A stretch of 64,000 nucleotides of DNA from Felis catus (Eukaryota), in contig NC_058368.1 in assembly GCF_018350175.1 (NCBI RefSeq), forward strand, positions 166,844,001-166,908,000. Reading direction: 5' to 3'. A model generated the notes under the pieces. That model did no database searches and was not told the origin of the DNA. It saw nothing but the letters and a program-made list of their open reading frames with translations. How positions within the stretch are numbered: the first letter of the stretch is position 1; each line of letters opens with the position of its first letter. Shown piece after piece: positions 36,384 through 49,802 of this stretch. The position numbers were made by a program, and so were the translations under genes.

Positions 36384-36479
36384 AAGGAGTTATCTTTTTT
36401 CTCAGCAAAATTATTAGATTTTGCTGGGCATGTGTGTATCTTCCTCCTTTTTTTTCAGTAAATGGGATATGGTCATAAC

Positions 36480-38470
36480 TGATGTTATATTTAGTATTTT
36501 ATAAAAAATTGCAAACAATTATAAAAATAAGAAATTAATGAACATCCAGTGTTTATTTTACCCATGTACTCACAAGCCACCTTTAGAAAAATCTTAACAC
36601 AATTCTATATTCATTTATTTTATTTTTCAAAGATATAAAAAGTACAACTATCATCAAAGAATGTTGTGTAAGCCTCTCCAATTTCTGCCCCAGGCAGAAT
36701 TAATTAGTATTGGCCTTTATTATGTTCATTCGTATTTGCTTTTTATTGCATATATATGTCCATTAGTATTTCAAAATTTGGGGTTTTAAACTTCCTTGAA
36801 CTGGTCTTAGTATGTCACTTTGGAGTTTGACCCTTTTTTGCTCAAAATACTGTTTTTGGATGTAGCATATTCACAAATATAGCTACATATATGTTTCTTT
36901 TAAGAATATACCTGGGTCATAAATTATGTTAATATTCATCTTTATTTAAACTTGCCAAAGAATAATCCTTTGTTTCTTTACTACTATTCAGAAGGCATGA
37001 ATGTCTCAAATACCTATTTCTGATCTCGAGATTGCTCTCACCAGACCATTTCCATTTTGGTGGATTTGAAATAATTATTTTATTGTGTGGCATTAATTTG
37101 CAATTTCGTGATTACTAATGTGTTTGGCATTTTCCATTTTGTTGGCCATTCTCATTTTCTTTTCTGTAAATACGTTATGCATATCTCTTGTCATTTTTTT
37201 CCTATTAGATACTGTGCGTTCTTTTATTGATTTGCTGACATTTGTATATTCTCCAAACACTTCCTGATTATATAGCTTGGGATTATTTTCTTCTAGTGTG
37301 AAGCTTACCTTTTTTGTGTATTTTTTAAAATATAAATGTTTGATGTCAATAAATATTCCTATGTCTGGAGGGCTTTGGCTTCTTTCTAAGAAATATATTC
37401 CTAAACTAAGGTCTTAATGATACATTTTCTTCTCAAAGTCTTAAGGATTTGCTTTTGACATTTACTTTATTCCACCAGACATTTTATCTTTTTGTTTAAG
37501 GAAGGGATCCAAATTATGTTCTTCTTATGTTAATAATCATTTTTTCCACCACCACTTACTAAATAGTCCATCTTTTTTACTCATTTCAGTACTATTTCTG
37601 TAATATAGTAATATATGTGCAAATTTTTTCTCCACCCTATTGATCTATTTATCAACCCCTGTCTCTATCACTTCACCCTATATTAATTACTAAGCCTGAA
37701 AATGAAGCTTGATTTCTGATAAGAATTATCTTTCATACAGTGTTCTTCAAAATTGTCTTATTTGTTTTTTGCCTTCCAGAGAACTTTTAGGATCAGTTTG
37801 AAAGGTTCTAAAAAGCAGTTTTGGTTTTGAACAGAAATAAAATTTATGGGTTAATTGTGGGAAGAATGTATATTTTCAGGCTATTGATTGGCCTTCCTGT
37901 ATATTTTTTAAATTTTTTTGGTATTTATTTTTGAGAGAGAGAAGGAGAGAGAAACGGAGCATGAGTGGGGGAGGGGCAGAGAGAGAGACACACACATAGA
38001 ATTCAAAGCTCGCTCCAGGCTCCGAGCTGTCAACACAGAGACCAACGTGGGACTCGAACCCACAAACTGACATCATGACCTGAGCCCAAGTTGGGAGTTT
38101 AACTGACTGAGCCACCCAGGCACTGCTCCTTTATAATTGTTTTATATTTAGATCTCCCTATATATTCTTAACTAGTTTCAAACAGTTGGTTACATCATTT
38201 TAGGTTTATTTCTTCGTATCTTACAATTTGTTGTTATATGGAGTATTTTCTATTATATTTTAAATAGATTATAAGTTTTGTATAAAAATGCTATCGATTT
38301 TTTACATTGACCCTTGTGTTCAACAACCTTGCTAAATTGTCTTTTTGGTTCTAATATTTTCTATGTAGAATTGAGGAAGGGTTTGATGTACATATTTTCT
38401 CCAATAATAAGAACAATTTGGTTGGTTATTTTCCAATTTCTATGCCTTTTATCTATGATTTATCCAAAAA
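36480..38470 (-). mobile_element. Old L1M ORF2 3' half and 3'UTR remnant (antisense)
   Basis: ttaatttgcaatttcgtgattactaatg...gttggccatt; taaaaatgctatcgatttt...caaccttgctaaat. Confidence 0.75.
37903..38123 (-). mobile_element. Can-SINE nested in L1
   Basis: Reverse SINEC ending gagccacccaggcac. Confidence 0.93.
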
Positions 38471-38634
38471 TGCCCTGAGTTTTTAGTAGAGGGTGTGTCA
38501 AAATTATGAGGTCATTGTGCTATCTTAATTATAACTTCCTTGGTGTTTGGTCCAAGTAAAGAAGAGGGCCCAGTGTGGCAGGCTGTACATCAAAAGAATA
38601 ATGGAATGCTTTAGGAACAAATTACAAATTTCTT

Positions 38635-38838
38635 CTTTTTTAAGTTTATTTACTTATTTTGAGAGAGAGAGAGAGCAGGAGGAGCAGAGAGAGAGAGGGA
38701 GAGAGAGAGAATCCCAAGCAGGCTCTGCACTGTCAGCATGGAGCCTGATGCAAGGCTTGACCTTGAATCTATGAGATCATGACCTGAGCTGAAATCAAGA
38801 GTCAGACGCTTATTCAACTAAACCACCAGAGCGCCCCC
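38635..38838 (-). mobile_element. Can-SINE (tandem pair, left)
   Basis: TSD acaaatttctt at 38624-38634 and 38839-38849. Confidence 0.93.
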
Positions 38839-38854
38839 ACAAATTTCTTATTTT

Positions 38855-39052
38855 TTTTAATGTTGATTTATTTTTGACAGAGAGTGTTATGTGAGCAGGG
38901 TCAGGGCAGAGATAGAGAGAGACAGAGGATCTGAAGCAGGCTCTGCACTGACAGCAGTGAGCCAGGTGTGGGGCTTGAGCTCATGAACTGTGAGATAAGA
39001 TGACCTGAGCCAAAGTTGGATGCTTAACCGACTGAACTACCCAGGTGCCCCC
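38855..39052 (-). mobile_element. Can-SINE (tandem pair, right)
   Basis: TSD aaatttcttatttt at 38841-38854 and 39054-39067. Confidence 0.93.
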
Positions 39053-39208
39053 TAAATTTCTTATTTTTAATTTAGACGTTAGTTATCTTTAAAATTTTCT
39101 CAAGATAAGAGGAGAATGCTGAAAATGGGTTTCTGTACTTCTTGGTGTTCTCCTTTAAGAGATGAAATTATCATAGGAGGACTTAACTCATTAAGAAGTG
39201 ATTTTATC

Positions 39209-39427
39209 GGGGGCGCCTGGGTGGCGCAGTTGGTTAAGCGTCCGACTTCAGCCAGGTCAGGATCTCGCGGTCCGTGAGTTCGAGCCCCGCGTCGGGCTCT
39301 GGGCTGATGGCTCAGAGCCTGGAGCCTGTTTCCGATTCTGTGTCTCCCTCTCTCTCTGCCCCTCGCCCATTCATGCTCTGTCTCTCTCTGTCCCAAAAAT
39401 AAATAAACGTTGAAAAAAAAATTTTAA
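39209..39427 (+). mobile_element. Young feline Can-SINE (SINEC_Fc-like)
   Basis: Near-identical to the 3793 copy; TSD aa[g/a]aagt[g/a]attttatcg. Confidence 0.97.
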
Positions 39428-41144
39428 AAAAAGTAATTTTATCGATCTTAAGAATCTATCTAATAATACATCATAATATATAGCAGAAGATAATAGAGGA
39501 CCCAAATCTAAATGACATTTCTTTAGACTTACATAGTCAGCCCACTTGGTTAGTTTTCTTCTTTAATTAGTGTCCAATTTTAAAATTCATACTTTCACCT
39601 TCTCTTGAAAATCAGAGATGAGGCAACATTCCAGATGGCAATATTCTAGTGGATTTAAATACTGCTTCCTCTCGAAATAGGGCATACATTCTCCTGTGTG
39701 CCATAATCCAAAGTACTGCTTTTGGCTTCTTTTATGCTGAGACAAAGTGTCACTTGCCAATTTTCATCCCAGTTTCTGCTTTTATTTTTCCTCTCTTTTC
39801 ACTGTAAGAGTTAAGATCTTCCCACATTTGTGCTACTCCCTATCTGCTATAGGCATCTGAGTGTTCTAACCTTCTTGTGGGCTTTTCTTATGTAAAGTAT
39901 TTTCCAACTACCAAACCTCCTCCTTCATGAACATGGAGAGTCTAATTCATTGGCAATAAATTCCTTTCTGGAATCCACCCAGTTCTGATGAAACATAACC
40001 TCCATCTCTCCAACAATATACATTTCCCCCAGATTCCCTCCTTCCTATATTCTTAGTCTCTACTTCACTCTGGTTTAATCAGTTTCTTGTGTAACTACGT
40101 CTTTAGTGAGTTCTGCTTCTATGCAGCTGACCTTTCCAGAAATCCTGAATATGCTTTTGCCTGTCTGCCCTGGTTATTAGTGGTGACCTGGCAGATTCAG
40201 TTCATTCAAACAGCAGCTACAGTGTAACACTAAGCTGCCTAAGGGCTTATGGACCTGCTCCTCTGGACCTGGAATCTCTGCTGTTCCTCCCAGGTTGTCT
40301 TGTAGAATGTGAAGCCATGGGGACTGCACCCATGAGGTAGCTTTTCTCTTGAGGTTATGCAGTCTGACTGTTATATATTTCATACAAGGGAATTTCCTCA
40401 TACATTCCACATTCACCTGAAATTTCATTTCATTTCATTATTCCTTTCGAAAGTATTCAGTAATTACTGTCTCCATTTGTTATTTATATTTAGACTATTA
40501 TCGTTTTCTTACTTTGTTGTTCCTCAGAACTTACAGAAAATCTTCAGCACCTTTAATCTTCCTTTATAAATTGTTTCTTCTATCCTTTTTGTCATGTTCT
40601 TATCAACCTTACCCATTGCTTCTCTCAGAAGTTCTTATATGTGCACACAGCTCTTAGATAATGAGGTGCCAAAGCTGATCATAGTGACCCAGCATCATTC
40701 TGGACAGCCATTCAGAGAGGGCCCTTCTCATCCCAACTCTGGGATGTGGGGCCCTTCACATTCCCTTCCAAGTAATAATGGGAGTGTTTCTCCTCTGTGT
40801 CTCTACATTATTTTACTTTAAATCATTTACTAAACATGTCTCAGATAGCTTTCTTCCTTCCTTTTTCATTCAATTATATCTTCTGACATTTATTAGTCAA
40901 TAGTAAAAATGTTTTTATTCTGTCTTTTCATATCTCCTCACATGCTGACTAAGATTTATGTATTTTATGTCATTCACTTACTATAAACGCATTTGCTGGT
41001 ATTATATGGTCTTGTGTGGCATGTCAAGCAACTAACAAATCATATTTTGTTAAGTTTTTAGCTCAAGATCAGACTATGACAAATAATCTTTCTATAAGAT
41101 CATAAACATTATAAAGAAAAAGATTCAGGAGGACCTAAAATGTC

Positions 41145-41332
41145 GGTGCACCCAAGTAGCTCAGTCAGCTGAGCATCCTACTTTTGATTTTGGCTCAGCT
41201 TGGGATCCTAGAGTCATGGGATCGAGGCCCACACTCCGCATGCTTGAGATTTTCTCTCTCCCTCTCCCCTCTCCTCTGCTAGAGCTCTTTCTTTCCCTCT
41301 CTAAAATTTAAAAACAAAAACAAAAACAAAAA
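41145..41332 (+). mobile_element. Older degenerate Can-SINE
   Basis: gtagctcagtcagctgagcatcctacttttgattttggctcag; (CAAAAA)n tail; imperfect TSD cctaaa[a/c]tgt. Confidence 0.85.
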
Positions 41333-42739
41333 CCCTAAACTGTGAATGTATATATCCTTAAATACTTTTTTACATGTTAAAAATGGTCAGTTTCAGTTTT
41401 GCATCTCTTGGGACTTATTCAAACATTTTAAAAACTGAAATGAATACTAACTAACTTTAAAAAAAAAGTTTGGGTAATTAAATCTTAAATGTATAACATA
41501 TTGGTATAATTTAAATCACATATTCTGTTCTTAAATAACATTCTAGTTAAAAACATCTCCTCCATTATAAATATTCTGTAACAGTATATGAGACTTTGTG
41601 AGCTCCTCTTAGGTTTATCACAACTTAATACAATCTTTAAAATATTCCTTTTGAATTCTGAAATATTTTAACGCCAAATAAAGCTAAAGCAATGTTGACA
41701 AGTTTGCAATAACTAAATGGATTATAACTGATTTTCCTATTAAAAATCTAAATCAGTCTACTTAGATTATTTTCATCTCTCATGTAAATACTTTTTAACT
41801 TATTATCATGTGATTAGCGGTTATCTTAGAGGTCATCTCTGCCTCTGTGATATGCTCCATTATTCAGGTTTTGGTGCTGATCCAGCTGTATTAGAGGGAC
41901 AAAAGCAGAGAATTTCCATGCTGCTCCACCATCTTGGCCCCTCCTAAACTAATTATCCATTATTCGGGTTTTAATATGTAATTTCCCCTTCCTGAGACCT
42001 AGAAAATATTTTCAAGGAATCCACAAAAACATTATAGTTAATTTTAATAAATTATTGAGCAGGTCAAATTATTTCATATAAAATCATGTTAAGAAGAAAG
42101 GACATCTGTGAAGAAGGATAATGGTGGCTTGGTTTAGGTAGGAGACCAGATCTGAAATACATGATGGAAGAAATGCAGAAGTAATAAGTACAATCTCTCT
42201 GTTACTCCTTTCTTCCCAGGTTAAATGGCAAAGGGCCCTGTCACCAACACATAAAGTAATTTTGTAGGACAAGAAGAAGGGACCAAACCAGCATGTGTCT
42301 TTTTCTATACCTGTTATTTGCTGTCTCGGACTATTCCATGTTCTCCCAGACACAAACTTCCTACTTCCTCAACCCCAGTGTGACAGGCCCATTTGTTATC
42401 GGTGACCTGAGTGAACATCCAGTCTGGGTCAGAGATTTTCCACTTAAGGAACTATACACATTCTACAGGCACACCAGATGAAACGTTTTTCTTTTCTGCA
42501 AGAGAATGGGGAAGTGTTTGTTACCAAGGATCACAACCGAATTAATAGAAAACTATTCTTCTTTTCCTTTGAAAACAGCATGAAATTCAAACTGTATAAC
42601 GTGATAAGATTAATTGGTTATTTTATTGGCTAATGTTAAATTTAATTGGCTAATAAAAAAGTTTACATTATCCATTGGTAAATAACATTTTTTGAAGTCA
42701 ACTTGGAATTATTTCCACACTCCACCATATAATCTTCTG

Positions 42740-42900
42740 TGTTTAAGTCCCTTCATCTGAAAATGGAAATAGTTACATTTAATACCCTAAGGTTGTTTTG
42801 AAAATTAAAGGTGACAATGCTTATAAAGTGCTTAACACAGTGTCTACAGCACTGTAATCTTTCAATACATGTTAACTCATTATTTTTGTTATTATTATCT
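42740..42900 (+). mobile_element. MIR remnant
   Basis: cttcatctgaaaatggaaata...aaagtgcttaacacagtgtct. Confidence 0.7.
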
Positions 42901-44379
42901 CAGAGTTGTTTTTATATAATCACCAAAGGGCACTTTAGGGTTGCACTGTGATATGTTAGCTATTTGGTTTTTTCCTGGGTAGATTATTTCATGTATAATA
43001 GTGGTGAGTGTTAACTAACCATAGGTAAAGATTAGTTACAAATAGGAAAACAAGGTAGTCATATTTCACAATTATTACTGCCGTACCAAAATACAGCTCA
43101 CCATGAACATAGAGGTTCTTAATAAATGTTGCAGGCTTCCTGGGTCAAAAGGAGTCAAAGTAATAGTTAGAGACTATTGGGTAGCTAACTCTAAAATCAA
43201 AAACAGTAAGAAGTATCCATGATCCACATTCCAAGAATGCTTCAAGCAAAGTAAACATTGAATGAAATTAAAAGAATTAATGAATTTTGTAAAATGGGAC
43301 TACATATACTAACCAAGGAAGATGTTAGAAAAATGACACCGTTACATCATGTGAGCATACTGAAGTTCTCCAAACAATGACTAATGGTAACGTGTTTACC
43401 AAGCATTAGTCACTTTGGATGAAAAAAGTCTGTTAAATTCTCATAGTTACAACTTTTTAAATGTAATTACTGTTTTTTAGTGAACTATTTTAGAACTTTA
43501 TTGCAATTTTCAATGTCACAAGAAGAAATTGCATGGACTGTGGCTTTTAGACCGATAGTGCAAAAGGATAGAATATCTCAATTTATTAATTTTTAAAGGA
43601 ACTATAGTTTACTTGAGGTCTGGATAAAAAGAAGACATTCTGCCTAATAGCAATATATCCCATGATCATAAAGAGAGACCTCACATTTATTATGCTAATT
43701 TGTACCAATTGATGAAGGGATCGGATGTAATATACTTGTCTCTTGAGACAAGTATAACAATAGGAAATTTGATCATGCCATATTTGCAGGAAGAACAGAA
43801 TGTTAGGATAGGTAAAAAGGTAATATGAGAGGTAATTTGATTTGGTGAACTCCAAATGACTTTGGAGACTGCTCATGAAATTTTGATGAGTGGACACAGC
43901 TAGGTTGGAAGAGCCAAAGATCAAACTTCATACTTCTGGCTGTGTCTGTTTCTTTGTCCTTTCCTTTTGCCATCCAAAGATGCATTCAGTCTCTGAGAAA
44001 GAAAATTCTCATTGAAGGGAAACAATATATTAAATAGCATAATGCCACTGTTTGTAAGCTCACATGTAACAATTTTAATTTGTTATTAATCTATGTGTAG
44101 AAAAGAGATACTCATTATCTCTTTATATTATACTAAACAAATCATAATTTCTATGAAGTCTAAAAGTTGGGTGAGGATAAATAATATGAAGTATAGAGAT
44201 ACTTCTTTAAAAAACAAATTAAAAGGTTAAATGAATGATAACTGGAGAACATAATATGATGGCAGACAAAGATGAGCCTTTTCAAAACTCATAGAAGCAA
44301 ACTACTTCAATTATTTGAGAAAGAAGTTCATGCTTAAAGAAGTAATACATAAAATATTACTTTATGCAATCAAAATATT

Positions 44380-44830
44380 CAATCATTCCCATCTGCCTCC
44401 AGGACTAAATCCAAATTCTTTACATTGATCTAAATTTACCTATTTCTTAGCATTTCCCTACTCAAACAGTTTATTCAAGGAAAACTGTTTAATGTATTAT
44501 CCCTGAAAATATTCTTGTGTGTGTCCTGATTTTAGTATTTGCTCACACTTTATGTCTTTTTTTTAAATGCCCTTCATTTTTCTCCATGATCAGCTAAAAT
44601 CTGTCTGTCTTCACAATACAGGTCAAGACTCATTTCATCTTTAAAGCTTCTCCTATCACTTCATCCCGTGGAAGGCTATCCCTCTTTTAGTTTCCCCTGG
44701 CATTTGTCAAGATCTATATTATTATCCTGGAACTAGCTCTAGGATTAGAACCCTGGAGATCTTGCCTTTGAAACCCTTATATTAAGTACTAGGCTTTGCA
44801 GAGATGAATGTGCGATAATCACTTTTTTAG
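44380..44830 (+). mobile_element. L2 remnant
   Basis: gcctccaggactaaatccaaattcttt...tttgctcacac...caggtcaagactcatttcatctttaaagcttctcc. Confidence 0.55.
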
Positions 44831-45307
44831 GTAAGGATGCTGCTGATGAAATGAAATGTGATCAAATTTTACATCCAGATATACTGTTTGCAGGGCATTC
44901 TACAAGGAACTGTTCCTTGACAAGCCTAGAGTTACCTATATATGAGTTATCTTTCTATCACTCTAAATCCTACTGTAAGAGGTAGGCTATGGTTCTTCAG
45001 AAGATTGAAAGATACAATCTTAGAAAATGTTAAATATTGTAGATCTACTTATAAAGCAGCTAAGGAGTGATTATTATGTACTAGGCATCAAGATAGGTAC
45101 CATTTGGGAAAAAAACAATCAGTGACTGTAGAATATTTCTCTATGCTATGTCTTCAAAATGGCTTTGTCCTTATTTACTTTTGTCCTATTTTTTATGTTA
45201 ATAATTCTACAAATAGAGAATAAACAGGCTAAAAGAATACATTAGGTTTTCTGACAATGATTTAATCTATGTCCTTTAGTGGCTGCAGCTACCTTTATCT
45301 CTAAAGG

Positions 45308-45416
45308 GATATATATTAAATATTACATTAATATTATTAATATTATTATTAATTAAATATATTGCATGTTTATTAATATACATTAATATAATATATATAT
45401 TAATATATATTTTTTA
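45308..45416. repeat. AT-rich low-complexity tract
   Basis: Almost pure A/T. Confidence 0.9.
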
Positions 45417-46554
45417 AGGTTGCTGATTCTTACAAATGAAATAAAGAGAAGGGTTAAATAATCAGCATACTTTGTATTATACATGAAGTGAATAATTTCC
45501 CATCAAGTCAGTTAAGAAACCAACAAAATAATAGGCATGAAATCATTAAATAAGAGCTGAACCGGCTGCAGTGGGTGTAGGGGTAAATAAATGACCAAAG
45601 AAAATATTTAAGTGGTATTCGATGAAAAGTTTTTTGTTTATTTATTTGTTTTACAGCCAACAGCAAGTGCCATTTTCAGATGACAGGAAGAAGGCCACTT
45701 GTTTTGCCACATGGAATTTTAAACCCTTCCATCACTGAGCCCAGGCCTGCAGCATAAAATAGCACACAAATGCAAGGGGAACAGAACAGGCAAAAAAAGT
45801 CTTACGAAAAAAAAAAAAAAAGGACTCCCCTAGTTGGCCAGAATGCATTTAGTCACAGGGCTTTGAAAGTCAAATGTCCAAAATAAAAATCAAATTCTGT
45901 ATGAAATAAGGTACAGTTATTCCCATGCAATTAAAAACAAATACCTTAAATAATTATGCTTTTGGAGTTAGGGTTACAAGAGATTATGACAAGAAAACAA
46001 CCCAAAGCTTCCAGCTCAAAATTTTTTCAATGTTTAAGTGGACACATTTTAAGTGAAGTAAGCCTTCTGATTATTCAAGTTACATATATGCTAAAAATAT
46101 GTTGTCTGAACAAAGCATTTATTATTAGCATAAACTTATGAAGTCACTGTAGCTACCATTCAGCAAAAGGGTAATTTTTTGGATGATTGTTCAGCAGTTC
46201 ATGAATTCCTAGAAAGGCAAGAGAATTAGATTAGCAGCTATGCAGCCAGGAATAAAACCCAGATCACACTAGGATAACTCCAGTACCTACTGCCCCCTCA
46301 TAGCACACCCTCTGATGCAGGGCAGTGTTCACCTCATTTATAACCCACCACCAATTCCTTTTTTCAGAATTTATAGGTATGTGTGCGTCCAGATGTGTGC
46401 TGTGTAGATACCTTTATATACCTATATATAATCTGTACATCCATATATACTATCAAGTTCATGTAGATCTCCTTCAATAGGGTGGGTTTAGTTGTTCCTC
46501 AGTACAGCCTTTGATGGTTTGCATAAAATCCTGAGGTAGGAGAACACTCCAGTT

Positions 46555-46726
46555 ATCATATATCTATATATAGAGATAGAGATAGGTAATATCGATATAT
46601 TTATTGATACATCTATCTCTATCTCTGTATCTATATATATTGATATATAGATATATCGATATATCCATCTCTATATCTCTCTCTATCTCTACCTCTCTCT
46701 CTGTCTCTATCTGTATCTATCTATAG
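46555..46726. repeat. Degenerate (TA/TC)n, (TATC)n low-complexity tract with internal palindromes
   Basis: Direct reading. Confidence 0.9.
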
Positions 46727-47355
46727 TGGGTAAAATGGGGAGAGCAAGTTTATTTGTGGTTTATTTACATCGTATGAGAAGCACTGGAATCTTTTATTGC
46801 ACCACGCCCAGAAGGTATTGGATAGAAGTTGGCAGGAGGCCAGTCGGGCAGACGCAGGTGTACAGGGCCTGTGGAGAGAGTCCTCTTCTTTCCCTTCATT
46901 CTACCAACTTGGACAAAAACCATCTTGCCATATGTAGAAGAATATTTTCAGAGGTTAAAAGGAGAGGGAAAAAAACTGAATTAAGGATATCACGTGCCAG
47001 CAATCACAAAACTTGAATTCTCAAAAGGATTAAAGGACCCAGGAGAGCTAACGTTCTTTAACATTCATGAAACATACCCCTGAGATTAAACGTTGATTTC
47101 TCAGGAAAAAAGCATTAACTAAATTCTGATTTAACAAAATGTTTTCCTCCAATTTAAATTTAATTCTATACAGAAAAGCTTTCTTGTTTTGCACCCAAAA
47201 AAGATTTATTTATAGACATTCTCTTTTGCAACTATGCAAGTGCTAGAAATTATAAGTGATGGTATGCCTTTCTCCATTCTTATTCCTTTCTAGTATTCCT
47301 TTGTCTCCAGTAATTCTTCCTTCCTGTGATATTACTCTCTCAAAAGAAAAAAGAT

Positions 47356-47565
47356 GGGGAACCTGGGTGGTTGAGTCAGTTAAGCGTGAGACTTCTGCTC
47401 AGGTCATGACCTTGCGGTTCACTAGTTCCAGCCCCCATGTCAGGCTCTGTGCTGACAGCTCAGACCCTGGAGCCTGCTTCAGGTTTCGTGTCTCCCTCTC
47501 TCTCTGCCTCTCCCTCACTCATGCTGTCTCTCCCTCTCTCTCAAAAATAATCGATGAAAAAAAAA
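47356..47565 (+). mobile_element. Can-SINE
   Basis: ggggaacctgggtggttgagtcagttaagcg head, (CT)n and A tail. Confidence 0.93.
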
Positions 47566-48700
47566 GGAAAGAAAGAGTTTACTAGGATAGAAAACTGTTA
47601 TTTCATTCTTTTTTATTTTTGCTTTTATTATCAAAACCTGTTTAAATTTATTGTTAAATTTAAATCTACCTATTTAAATTTCTTCTTTTAAGAAGAAAGA
47701 TGATTGTAACATTTTTCAGATTAAGTTGGCTACTATATTATAAACATCAAAAAATCTGCAGTTTAACAAATCCAGTCAATGAGCTATCAAAGTCTTAAGT
47801 TTTTCTGGTGACATTAGACGTTGACAATATTCAACTGAGACAGCTCTCTGGTACATCAAAGAATAAGGGTGGTCTCCATTATTTCAAGTACTACACAACA
47901 TATTTGTTTTAAAATGTTTTTCAGAGATTACAGTTTTATTAAATGGAGATGATCATTTGGATAATGAAAACATCTTAACTAAAGAAATTATAATGAAAGA
48001 TGTACATCTGTTATTAACTTCTTGGCCTCAGTGTGATTTTTAATCTGGTCTGAAAAACAGAGGCTATTCAACTTACAGATATTGATGAGGGAACAAAACC
48101 TCCCTCTCAGCTAAAATTTTGTTCATATGGATATTGATATCTTTGAGGTAAAAAGATCTGGTGAATTCCTCCTGGTCTTTCTTGGCCAACAATAACAATA
48201 CCTAGTAAGTAACAAGATACAGTTGGCCCCCAGGTATGTCTGACTCAGGTTTCCACTATAGAACATGATGGTTGTTACCCAATTGTGCTATTTTATTATA
48301 AGCACTTTCTCTTCTCAAAAAAATATGTCAAAAATATGGCAATCATAATATGCCCTTCTGTCATTTAGGCAGGGGAAGAATTGTTTCCTTATAAATTCTT
48401 GATTTGAATATTTTGTCTATGAGCCTCCAGAGGGCTCTCTGAGTTACAGGGTGGTCTGGCAGTCTTCTCAGATATGATGGTTTTCTTCCTGGGTGCTATT
48501 TTCTCTTCTTCCAAACACTGATACAGGGCAACAGGGTTAACCATAAATGTAGAAAACCAGTCCATCAGCCCCCAGCCAAATTCAGGTTAAGGTGGTGACA
48601 TAGAGAAGAATATACTATTTTTAAGACAACATAATTCTTTTCTCTACAAGTTTAAGGTCACAAACATAGTATGTCTTATTTCTAAAGAAATGAGAAAACT

Positions 48701-48917
48701 GGGGCGCCTAGGTGGCTCAGTCGGTTGGGCGTCTGACTTCGGCTCAGGTCATGATCTCACCGTCCGTGAGTTCGAGCGCCCCATCGGGCTCTGGGCTGAC
48801 AGCTCAGAGCCTGGAGCCTGTTTCGGAGTCTGTGTCTCCCTCTCTCTCAGACACTCTCCCGCTCATGCTCTGTCTCTCTCTGTCTCAAAAATAAATAAAC
48901 GTTAAAAAAAAATAAAA
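48701..48917 (+). mobile_element. Can-SINE (feline type)
   Basis: TSD aaagaaatgagaaaact at 48684-48700 and 48918-48934. Confidence 0.96.
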
Positions 48918-49424
48918 AAAGAAATGAGAAAACTGAATCTAAGTGATAGTCAAAAATGATGACAAGCAAGTGCCAGTGGGATGAAGTAACTATCAGAGAC
49001 CACCTACAGACTACAAGTGAGCCCCCCACCCAATAGATAAGGACTTAAATCTAAGTGACCTGCCCCAAAAAGAGCAAGTAGATTTCTAGTCAGGCACAAA
49101 TTTAACATATACATATTCTACTACATATTATATATACAGCAACATACATAAGAAAAACTTCATATGATTGAACTAGAGGATATGACAGAAAGTAAGGTAA
49201 ATTTAGGATGAAAGCTTGAGCAAGTAGAGCAAATGAAAAAGATTAATTCCCCTAAAGTCTCTCAAGCCCCAGGTTCCAAAACAATTCTCATGTAAGAATT
49301 ATAATGTAAAAATTTTCTAAATGCCAGTAACACAATAATGCATTTGTAGTAATTTCCAAAAAAGGTGGGGGGGGGGGTGGAGGAAACAAAAAAAGATAAT
49401 GCCCAGTTGCCCACCAAGGATCTG

Positions 49425-49802
49425 AAGTCATACTTAATTAGGATGGGCCCTAATCCTGTAAGATTGGTGTACTATATAAAGACACAAGACTCAGACACAC
49501 AGAGAGAATCCATGTGACATAGGAGACAAGGGTTGGAGTCATGGACCTACAAGCCAAGTATTACCAAGGATTGCCAGCCACACAAAAAGCCAAGAGAAAG
49601 GCAGGGAACATATTCTCTCCTAGAGCCCTCAAAGAGAACATAGCCCTGCTGATCTCTTGACTTCTGATTTGATTGGTTGCTTCCAGAAAAGTGAGAAAAT
49701 AAATTTCTGTTTTAAATAAACCGGATATACCAAAATAAATTTCTGATTTAAAGCCACCCAATTTGTGGTACCTTATTACAACAGCTCTGGGAAACTAATA
49801 CA
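49425..49802 (+). mobile_element. MaLR LTR (MLT1B/C-like), 5'-truncated
   Basis: ggatgggccctaatcc...acaagccaag...aataaatttctg...aagccacccaatttgtggtac...ggaaactaataca. Confidence 0.85.

Noticed and set aside
42311..42495. Minus-strand acceptor (ccccattctcttgcag) with exon-like downstream sequence
   Set aside because: Stops in all three frames and only a weak donor (GTATAG).
46288..46305. CTCF-like motif (also ~58006)
   Set aside because: Two to three mismatches at core positions; cannot be supported without ChIP data.
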